Shown one piece after another: positions 25,538 through 32,000 of a stretch of 32,000 nt of DNA. The notes below the pieces were generated by a model. It was not told the origin of the DNA and made no database searches. It worked only from the letters and a program-made list of their open reading frames with translations. The DNA lies in the NCBI RefSeq assembly GCF_001598795.1, contig NZ_BCZP01000024.1:54810-86809 (forward strand), given 5' to 3'. A program made the translations under genes and the position numbers. Numbering within the stretch: the first letter of the stretch is position 1; each line of letters begins with the position of its first letter. Origin of the DNA: Delftia acidovorans NBRC 14950 (lineage in GTDB: Bacteria; Pseudomonadota; Gammaproteobacteria; Burkholderiales; Burkholderiaceae_C).

Positions 25538-26413
25538 TTACATGCCATAATATTTTGAACTGAAGGAAACAGTTATAGGCCCACCATCATGCACGCACAT
25601 AACATTTACCTTTAACTTTTTCTTGTGATCATAGTAGGTGTGGCAGTGTGTCTGTATTCGGACTAGATCCAGTTCGCTGGGGTTGATGCTTAGTGCACCC
25701 AGTATTGGCTCTGGATCGAACTTTTGGTTTTGATTGAAGGGCGCAGTACGCTTGAGATCAATTTCAATGAAGCTAACATAGCTACCCTCCCGCTCTAAGA
25801 ACATTCTGCATTCATCATTTTCTACGATGATGTTGCCTGCCTCGTTAAGGTCACCACCAACCGCCTCAAGAGCCTCTTCGATTTTCATTCCCATGTACTG
25901 AAAAGGTCTATGGAATGGTCTAAAAAGAATAGGCAGATTGAAGGTGGTAGCACGGTCAAGCGCCTCGCCCAATGTGGCTCCCGTGTGACTTGTATCAAGA
26001 ATTGACTTGTTGAATACAATGCCAATACTTTCTACAAGTCGTTTCAGTCCCAAGTGATATTCTGAATCATTGGTGAAGTCAGCGTAAAATTTCCCAAGCA
26101 AAAAACCAGGGAGGTCGCACTTCCGATAGATCAGAGGAAGCACCTTGATTTTTCGTCCGGAAATTTCTTGATTCATTGCAACATCTAATTCGCGCTGGAC
26201 CCATGGAGATGCAATTGAATTGGGGGATAGAACTGCAGCGACGTAATCTACTTCATCCAAACCTTGGCGTATTTTTTCAATGAGAGATTCACCTACTTTG
26301 ATTTCGGCTTCATCGAGCCAATACCTGATACCGTGGGCCTCAAGATCAGCTGCTAACTTACGGACGAATGTCTTGTCGGTGTACGTGTGGCTTAAAAAAA
26401 TGCTCTTGTTCAC
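25538..26413 (-). CDS. TIR-domain protein with an uncharacterised C-terminal domain
   Basis: Residues 1-135 carry the bacterial TIR pattern: SIFLSHTYTDKTFVRKLAADLEAHGIRYWLDEAEIKVGESLIEKIRQGLDEVDYVAAVLSPNSIASPWVQRELDVAM. The conserved glutamate is in WVQRE (E75, codon 26189-26191). Residues from about 140 to 291 match nothing I recognise. The GTG start at 26413 has AAGGAGAG 4 nt upstream. Confidence 0.85.
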   Translation of the reverse strand: MNKSIFLSHTYTDKTFVRKLAADLEAHGIRYWLDEAEIKVGESLIEKIRQGLDEVDYVAAVLSPNSIASPWVQRELDVAMNQEISGRKIKVLPLIYRKCDLPGFLLGKFYADFTNDSEYHLGLKRLVESIGIVFNKSILDTSHTGATLGEALDRATTFNLPILFRPFHRPFQYMGMKIEEALEAVGGDLNEAGNIIVENDECRMFLEREGSYVSFIEIDLKRTAPFNQNQKFDPEPILGALSINPSELDLVRIQTHCHTYYDHKKKLKVNVMCVHDGGPITVSFSSKYYGM

Positions 26414-26514
26414 TGAACTCTCCTTGTGCTAAAAATAAAAAATGTTAGGGATACACTCAGTACGAGCAGTCGCGTTAACAGCATGCCTTTCTAAGGCAGA
26501 GCGGTGCACAATAA

Positions 26515-26811
26515 CTACTCGGGTTTTCCGAGCGAGTTATTTTGTAAGGAAACTCGGTTGAGGTAAGTCAGATTTTCAGCTTCAGCGCGTTTGGAGTAAT
26601 ATAGTTTAGGGCATTGTAGGGATGCTCGGCGTTGTAGCATCAACCCTAATATCGTTTGCCGCCTCCTTGCGCAATGATAGGCAAGCTGGTGCCTCAGCCT
26701 GTGTCCGCGTAACCAGTCTCCACTCCAAGCCTTTGTGTCGCAAAAAGTTGGGAATTCTGCAGAAACCGTTTCAATAAAGATAATATGCGAGTTAATTATA
26801 TCTAGTGACAT
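26515..26811 (-). CDS. Doubtful small basic ORF in the ptuB-TIR spacer
   Basis: This 98 aa ORF starts at ATG 26811 and overlaps the HNH gene 3' end by 20 nt. It has no Shine-Dalgarno. It is Arg/His/Cys-rich with no recognisable motif. It is the only ORF in an otherwise empty 378-bp gap and may be non-coding. Confidence 0.2.
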   Translation of the reverse strand: MSLDIINSHIIFIETVSAEFPTFCDTKAWSGDWLRGHRLRHQLAYHCARRRQTILGLMLQRRASLQCPKLYYSKRAEAENLTYLNRVSLQNNSLGKPE

Positions 26812-27448
26812 AGCCGATTAAAGATCTGAGTGCCCTATCTCGTTGCACTTTATCTGGATTTTCCATGTAATTTCTCATAAGACTCTCTATAATATTCTCA
26901 TCAATTATCTGTTCTTCCCAACCAAACTCCCTAAGCCGACGATTTAAGACGCATACCCCAATTGTAAAGTGCCCTTTTGCAGTAATATCGAAAAAGTATT
27001 GTCCAAATTTCTCAATGTGCTCGTTATATGTATCGAAATGAGGATGTACTATTAAAAAAGAATTGCTAGATTTTGGGTATCGCAGAGGTTTTTTGTTTGC
27101 CGTGGTATCTTCTTCTTTTCCTAAAATTTCTTTACTCCTTTTTATTTGGTTGCAATCTGCGCATATTACACATAGATTTTTTGGTTCAAAAATGAACTTC
27201 AATACTCTTGACTTTGGCACAATATGTTCGACTTGACAGTTTGCGGCAGATTCCAAAGAAATATTATTTTGGCAATAAGCGCATTTCCCATTTTGTTTGA
27301 TTCTATAATAATCTCTGACAGATTTTCTGAGATGCTCCAAATCTTCGGAAGACCAACAATTATGGTTGAAATTTGGGTCGTTAAGTTTGTCTTTTATTAT
27401 TTTTAGTTGATCTGATGTGTACTTTATTGGGTCATTGATTTCGGCCAT
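26792..27448 (-). CDS. ptuB: HNH endonuclease, PtuB-like (Septu nuclease component)
   Basis: The HNH core is CAYCQNNISLESAANCQVEHIVPKSRVLKFIFEPKNLCVICADCNQIKRS (CxxC, H, N, CxxCN). The protein is 218 aa. Its ATG at 27448 overlaps the upstream ATPase gene by 17 nt. Confidence 0.75.
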   Translation of the reverse strand: MAEINDPIKYTSDQLKIIKDKLNDPNFNHNCWSSEDLEHLRKSVRDYYRIKQNGKCAYCQNNISLESAANCQVEHIVPKSRVLKFIFEPKNLCVICADCNQIKRSKEILGKEEDTTANKKPLRYPKSSNSFLIVHPHFDTYNEHIEKFGQYFFDITAKGHFTIGVCVLNRRLREFGWEEQIIDENIIESLMRNYMENPDKVQRDRALRSLIGYVTRYN

Positions 27449-28814
27449 ATTTTCTCCAAATAAGCTGCAATGCCGAAATTAATTCCTTTAGTGGATCGTC
27501 TGAGTTAATTTTCCCAAATACTTCGTTCAGTATTCTCATTTCATTTTCATCTTCAATATCGAAGTTTTTATTTTTGGAAATTCTAATGAATAAATTAACT
27601 GCAATTCTGTTGAGGTATTCGTTTCTTCTTCCTGGGGTCTTAAATACATTGGCCAGTTGAAAATCTATAGAGCGATTTGAAAAATCCAGTGCTTTATTTG
27701 CCTTGCCATCTTCCATGCTCATAACAAAGCAATTTGCTTGAGAAAGCTCTGCAATTAATTGAGGGGAGTGTGTGGCAATTATGAATTGACATCCGCGATA
27801 TTTTTCAAATGTCTCTAAGAGAAGATGGATGTAGCGTTCTTGCCACTCAGGATGCAAACAGATTTCTGGCTCATCTATGCAAATCAGTGAGTTATTTTCT
27901 ATCTGGCTTGCTATCCCCAGCATACTCATTACAACCGATTGCTCTCCGGAGCTGGCATCTGTTATGTTTAACTTGCCAGTATCAATTTTCTCCAGCTTGA
28001 CACTGCGAAGCTTGGCATGACCTGTTGCAATCAATGCCAAAGCTTCTCTGGTAGAGGCATCTCCCTTAAAGGTTACTCCAAATTCATCTATTGTTAGATC
28101 AATTCTTGGTTTAGTTTTATTTTCTGATAATTTTGTAAGGTAGTTGAGTGATATTTCTTTGTCGTCATTGTTTGCTGCATTGGGGAAAATATAGTCATTT
28201 ATTAAAATAAGCGAGTTAAATGGAGTGTTGTCTTTTATTCCGATTCCATCTTTGATGGAAAAATTGCCGCTATCTTTAATATCTTTAATTGTTTTTCGAG
28301 TTTTTGATGCAATATATGTAGAGAAGGTACACTCGATTTTTCCGGCATAACCGAGATAATTTAGCACTCTTACTATTTCAAGGGCGTTGCCTTTGGGTTT
28401 GATTATTGATTTGACCAATTCAGCTATTATTTTTGCCATATAGCTGGTGCTTGGATTGTTGCTGGAAATGCCTTTTAATCCAAGGTAAATATAAGGATTA
28501 GATGCATGTTGTTCGCTTAATATTGGGAATTTGTCAAATGGACTGGTGGAGACGCATATTATTTTTTGAGGAAGATTGTTGTGGTCTAGTGTGCCTCTAG
28601 TGGAATTTAGTTCCAGTAGCTTGTCTTCTCTGTCAAGAGTGATTGGTGAACTGAACTTTGATAGCAAACCAAGGACCATACTTCTAAGCAGTCTGCTTTT
28701 CCCTGTGCCGTTTTTTCCAACTATTATCGTAAATGCATTTGATCCAGAGAAAAGCCCATATCCTGAAGGTAATATATTGAATGACTTTTCTTTTGTGTGA
28801 TAGCTTTTAATCAT
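27432..28814 (-). CDS. ptuA: ABC/SMC-like ATPase (AAA_15/AAA_21 type), PtuA-like (Septu ATPase component)
   Basis: Motifs:
- Walker A: VGKNGTGKS
- signature-like motif: ASSGEQ
- Walker B / D-loop: LICIDEPEICLHPE
- H-loop: IIATHSPQLI

The track ORF opens with TTG at 28907. ATG 28812-28814 (MIKSYHTKEK) places Walker A about 33 residues from the N-terminus, as is usual for this ATPase class. Neither start has a clear Shine-Dalgarno. Confidence 0.75.
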   Translation of the reverse strand: MIKSYHTKEKSFNILPSGYGLFSGSNAFTIIVGKNGTGKSRLLRSMVLGLLSKFSSPITLDREDKLLELNSTRGTLDHNNLPQKIICVSTSPFDKFPILSEQHASNPYIYLGLKGISSNNPSTSYMAKIIAELVKSIIKPKGNALEIVRVLNYLGYAGKIECTFSTYIASKTRKTIKDIKDSGNFSIKDGIGIKDNTPFNSLILINDYIFPNAANNDDKEISLNYLTKLSENKTKPRIDLTIDEFGVTFKGDASTREALALIATGHAKLRSVKLEKIDTGKLNITDASSGEQSVVMSMLGIASQIENNSLICIDEPEICLHPEWQERYIHLLLETFEKYRGCQFIIATHSPQLIAELSQANCFVMSMEDGKANKALDFSNRSIDFQLANVFKTPGRRNEYLNRIAVNLFIRISKNKNFDIEDENEMRILNEVFGKINSDDPLKELISALQLIWRKYGRNQ

Positions 28815-29377
28815 TTTATTGAAAATTTCAAATAAAAATTTGACTTGCCTTAGTTTAACTTGAAAATCTTTGCAAGGGTGTCTTGTGGAAAACAGTGTGA
28901 GCAGCAATTCATGGATAAGTGTACCTTGGTTTCTGCAATTCGATTTTTACGTTTTCCTATAGAAGTGGCGATCCTGCGGCCAGTCTCATTAAAACCTTAA
29001 CTTTGCTCATTCAGTAGATCTAGTTATTCGATTTGCGTCGTCGCCCGTACCTGTTTGTAGTGTATTTTCCTTGCGACTAAATTCAATTGGTGAACCGCCC
29101 AGCGCACTATGGCGTACATAGGGTTAAGTTGTTGTCAACTCTGTCTCTACCCTTCCAGATTCCTCGGTGCAACGCCTCCATACGTCGCAGATACTGAAGA
29201 CTGCTCGTACGCCAGGACTTTTCAGAAATCTCTCTTCGGAGGGACCCTGCAGCTTTACGAAATTCCAACTATAGGTGGCAGACAGAGACTTAGCAAAGCC
29301 GGAAGCTTTGTTGTCCGGTTCTCCCGCTTCCACTGCGTGCAGTGGCTCTGGGACCGATACTTCTCGACAGGACTTCA

Positions 29378-29755
29378 ATGCCTCAGCTCACTCCCGCCAC
29401 CACACCCCCACCCAAACTCGAAGACCTCGCCATAGACGCCGTCCTGCACATGGGCGCCGCGCTGGATGTGCTGGACCTGCTCGCTCGCCACAAGGTCACG
29501 GCCATCAATTGCGTGTGTCGCGATCTGCTGCGCATCTACTACGTGAAGGCCGCTCAGGCGCAGTCGCTGGAGCCGGAAGACAGGGAACTGGTGGGCCTGC
29601 TGCACGACACGGCGGTGAACTTGGGCTATGCCATTGAGGTGGTGGAGCATCTCAATGGCGATGAGGCCGACGACCCCATTCTTTATGCCGTGAGCTATCT
29701 GCTCAGGGCCGCGAAGCGGTTTGCGGATGAGGGGGTGTCGGTAGCGTTGGCCTGA
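29378..29755 (+). CDS. Hypothetical protein (high-GC, helical)
   Basis: The start is ATG 29378 (MPQLTPATTPPP) within track ORF 29342..29755. The codon usage looks like the core genome. No motif recognised. Confidence 0.5.
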   Translation: MPQLTPATTPPPKLEDLAIDAVLHMGAALDVLDLLARHKVTAINCVCRDLLRIYYVKAAQAQSLEPEDRELVGLLHDTAVNLGYAIEVVEHLNGDEADDPILYAVSYLLRAAKRFADEGVSVALA

Positions 29756-29813
29756 AGGGCGCAGCAGGTGCGGATGGCCTGCGGGCATGGCGGGAGCGAG
29801 GCAAAAAATGCGC

Positions 29814-29845
29814 GAAAAAAAGCGCGCCCCATGCTGAAGCGCGCT
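29814..29845 (-). terminator. Rho-independent terminator after the PepSY gene
   Basis: AGCGCGC (29821-29827) pairs with GCGCGCT (29839-29845) around an 11-nt loop. On the minus strand the stem is followed by TTTTTTT (complement of 29814-29820). It lies 20 nt downstream of the PepSY stop. Confidence 0.55.
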
Positions 29846-29864
29846 GCCGGGTGGGGGCCGTGGG

Positions 29865-30410
29865 TCAGTCTTTCTTGGCCCGGATGACTTCGCCGCCCAC
29901 GGCGTCGATCTTGACTTCCATGAGCGTGCCGTTGGCCTGCAGCACTTCGACCTGGTAGCTGGTCTGGCCCCAGTGGGAGTCCAATTCCGCGCTGACGGGT
30001 GTGCCCGGGGTGTGGCGGGTGGCGGCCTGGATGGCTTGCTCAATGGTGGATTTGGCCTTTTCCAGGCGCTGGCGGTCCTTGCGCTTGGCGGCGCCGTCGT
30101 TCTTGTGCTGGGCGGCCTGGCCGGTGATGGCGTTGACCCAGACTTCCACGCTGTCGCCGGCCGGGGTGATGACTTCGATTTCGTAGCGCGGGCCCATGCC
30201 ATCGCCGTCGTCCAGCTGGGCTTCGATGGCCTTGCCGGGCACGGCCTGGGTGGCGCGGGTGATGGCCTGCTCCAGCGGGATCTTGGCCTGGCTGGTGATG
30301 GTCTGCCATTCGGCCACCGATTTGGCTGCGGCGGGCAGGGCGGCGGTGGCGCAGGTCAGGGCCAGGGCGATGGAGAGGGCGGCGGTGCGTGCGAACGGGG
30401 CAGGCTTCAT
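29865..30410 (-). CDS. Exported tandem PepSY-domain protein
   Basis: Internal ATG 30410 gives MKPAPFARTAALSIALALTCATAALPAAAKS, a signal peptide. Two PepSY-like repeats follow (LEQAITRATQAVPGKAIEAQLD...YEIEVITPAGDSVEVWVNAITG and IEQAIQAATRHTPGTPVSAELD...YQVEVLQANGTLMEVKIDAVGG). The longer track ORF (to 30833) overlaps trpB out of frame. Confidence 0.8.
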   Translation of the reverse strand: MKPAPFARTAALSIALALTCATAALPAAAKSVAEWQTITSQAKIPLEQAITRATQAVPGKAIEAQLDDGDGMGPRYEIEVITPAGDSVEVWVNAITGQAAQHKNDGAAKRKDRQRLEKAKSTIEQAIQAATRHTPGTPVSAELDSHWGQTSYQVEVLQANGTLMEVKIDAVGGEVIRAKKD

Positions 30411-30552
30411 GGGTATGGCTCCTTCCGGGAATGGGGTTGGACAAGACAACGGTCGGGGCCATTGTCTCCACCGTCCCGGAGAGCGGTTGTCGGAGAGGGC
30501 GCCCTTTGCCCCCTCCGGCGTGCTGCGGTTTGATTCAGCGCAAGCTCTGCGT

Positions 30553-31764
30553 TCAGAGGCCCAGCACCTTGGCCACGTAGTCGGCGTCCTTGTCGCCACG
30601 GCCCGAGAGGTTGATGAGGATGTGCTGGTCCTTGGGCAGGCCGGGCGCCACGCGCATGGCCCAGGCCACGGCGTGGGCGCTTTCCAGGGCGGGGATGATG
30701 CCTTCCACGCGCGACAGCTGCATGAAGGCGTCCAGGCATTCCTTGTCGGTGACGGATTCGTACTGCACGCGGCCCAGGTCCTTGAGGTAGCTGTGCTGCG
30801 GGCCCACGCCCGGATAGTCCAGGCCCGAGGCAATGCTGTGCACGGCAGCCGGCGTGCCGTCTGCGTTTTCCAGCACGTAGCACTTCATGCCGTGGATTTC
30901 GCCGGGCTTGCCCATGCTGAGGGTGGCTGCGTGGCGGCCGGGCTTGTCCGTGCCTTCGCCCGAGGGCTCCACGCCGACGAGCTTGACCGAGGCGTCGCCC
31001 AGGAAGGCCGTGAAGATGCCCATGGCGTTGGAGCCGCCGCCCACGCAGGCGGCCACGTGGTCGGGCAGCTTGCCGTGTTTGGTCTGGAATTGCTCGCGCG
31101 CCTCGCGGCCGATGATGCTCTGGAAGTCGCGCACCATCATCGGGAACGGGTGGGGGCCGACCACGGAGCCGATGGCGTAGATGTAGTCGGTGGGGTTGGT
31201 GAGGTATTCCTCGAAGGCGCTGTCCACGGCTTCCTTGAGCGTGGCCGCGCCGCGTGTGACGGGCACGAGCTTGCAGCCCAGGATGCGCATCTTGGTGACG
31301 TTGGGGTGTTCCTTCTCGATGTCCACCTGGCCCATGTGGATCTCGCAGGGAATGCCCACCAGCGCGCAGGCCGTGGCCAGGGCCACGCCGTGCTGGCCGG
31401 CGCCGGTTTCTGCGATGACCTTTTTCTTGCCCATGAACTTGGCCAGCAGGGCCTCGCCCAGGCAGTGGTTGATCTTGTGGGCGCCGGTGTGGTTGAGGTC
31501 TTCGCGCTTGAGGTGGATCTGTGCGCCGCCGAGCTGCTCCGACAGGCGCCGCGCGTGGAAGATGGGGCTGGGGCGGCCCACGTAGTCGGCGAAGAGCTGG
31601 GCCAGTTCCTGCTGGAAGTCTTGGCGTTTGGTGATTTCGGCGTAGGCGGTGTTGATGTCGTCCATGGCCTGCTTGAGGTGGGGCGGGACCAACTGGCCGC
31701 CGTAGGGGCCGAAGTAGCCTTCTGCGGTGGGCATGGGGGCGAAGGTGGGGGGTGTAGTGGTCAT
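30553..31764 (-). CDS. trpB: Tryptophan synthase beta chain
   Basis: The motifs are [15 protein letters not shown], the PLP-lysine motif [27 protein letters not shown] and GGGSNAMG. The protein is 403 aa from ATG 31764 (MTTTPPTF). No trpA is adjacent in the window. Confidence 0.9.
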
Positions 31765-31856
31765 GGCTGCTTGTGTTCGTTGTGATGGATGACGCTCTGG
31801 CGATTCAGGGTAGCCGTGGCAGCTTACGCAGGGCTGTTGGGGGTGGCCGAGAGAGA

Positions 31857-31883
31857 AAACCCCGGTTGGATTGACCGGGGTTT
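31857..31883. terminator. Bidirectional-looking hairpin upstream of trpB
   Basis: AAACCCCGGT (31857-31866) pairs with ACCGGGGTTT (31874-31883), giving a 10-bp stem and a 7-nt loop. T-rich tracts follow on both strands. It is probably the terminator of a gene beyond the window end. Confidence 0.4.
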
Positions 31884-32000
31884 CTGGTTTTTGGCCCTGC
31901 CGGGTGGTTGTTTTTCGAGGCCGGGTTTCGGCCCGGCAGCCGACTGCCCTTTCTTGATTCGCCAAGAAAGGTCAGATCAAAGAAGGCGACCCGAATGCCC

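Larger units (their letters stand above)
24860..29100. other. Strongly AT-rich foreign cassette (defence islet) with all genes on the minus strand
   Basis: Hand counts on single 60-nt lines:
- 27481-27540: 20/60 G+C
- 25021-25080: 18/60
- 26041-26100: 24/60
- core line 9301-9360: 39/60

The left edge is sharp at about 24850-24870. The right edge is more gradual, at about 29100-29370. No integrase, transposase, tRNA or flanking direct repeat found. Confidence 0.7.

Noticed and set aside
27224-28800. Short plus-strand ORFs inside ptuA/ptuB (27224..27406, 27809..28000, 28576..28800).
   Set aside because: They are antisense to genes with clear ATPase and HNH motifs. They are Leu/Phe/Ser-rich, as expected from AT-rich antisense frames.
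24869-29100. A retron-type Septu (RT plus msr/msd ncRNA with PtuA/PtuB).
   Set aside because: No reverse-transcriptase ORF (no YxDD motif) exists in any frame of the cassette or its flanks, and no long a1/a2 inverted repeat pair is evident.
29109-29435. The 108-aa plus-strand ORF and the 84-aa minus-strand ORF (29124..29378) in the right flank of the cassette.
   Set aside because: Both have Cys/Ser/Pro-rich or random-looking composition, with no Shine-Dalgarno and no motif. They overlap each other in a region that probably contains the promoter and the junction.
31765-31980. A classical trp attenuator or leader peptide upstream of trpB.
   Set aside because: There is no short ORF with tandem Trp codons in the minus-strand leader. 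The hairpins are more simply explained as terminators or REP-like structures.
1-32000. CRISPR arrays, tRNA/rRNA genes, integrases, transposases and IS terminal inverted repeats flanking either AT-rich islet.
   Set aside because: No regularly spaced direct repeats, no cloverleaf-compatible segments and no recombinase or DDE motifs were seen in any listed ORF. The island borders share no direct repeat that I could find by eye. This is a visual search only, so short att sites could be missed.

Overview
This is a high-GC chromosomal segment; a typical core line, 9301-9360, hand-counts 39/60 G+C. The Bug/TctC binding protein, Omp32-type porin and FecI/FecR/TonB-receptor module suggest Burkholderiales/Comamonadaceae, but that is inference only.

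Core genes:
- a partial LysE exporter with a divergent MocR regulator
- a lipoprotein
- an iron cell-surface-signalling module (ECF sigma, FecR anti-sigma, STN-type TonB receptor) with a Fur-box-like site
- a cupin and an SRPBCC protein
- a Bug / CoA-transferase / cupin / acyl-CoA dehydrogenase operon followed by a LysR regulator
- a PAS hybrid histidine kinase, a porin and a phytase-like lipoprotein
- a PepSY protein and trpB

Two AT-rich insertions interrupt this background.
1. A roughly 1.6 kb islet (13.3-14.9 kb) encodes two exported proteins of unknown function.
2. An accessory stretch (about 20.9-29.4 kb) carries a possible decayed HigB-like remnant, a NERD + SF1 helicase, a Sel1-like exported protein and a 5'-truncated DUF1501 gene. 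It ends in a strongly AT-rich minus-strand cassette:
   - an ABC-type ATPase plus an HNH nuclease (Septu PtuA/PtuB architecture)
   - a 0.38 kb compositionally distinct spacer
   - a TIR-domain protein followed by a small PD-(D/E)xK-like protein

The TIR / PD-(D/E)xK pair is my best candidate for an undescribed anti-phage module.

I saw no rRNA, tRNA, CRISPR array, integrase, transposase or reverse transcriptase. All calls come from reading motifs in the supplied translations and the DNA. No database or profile search was possible.
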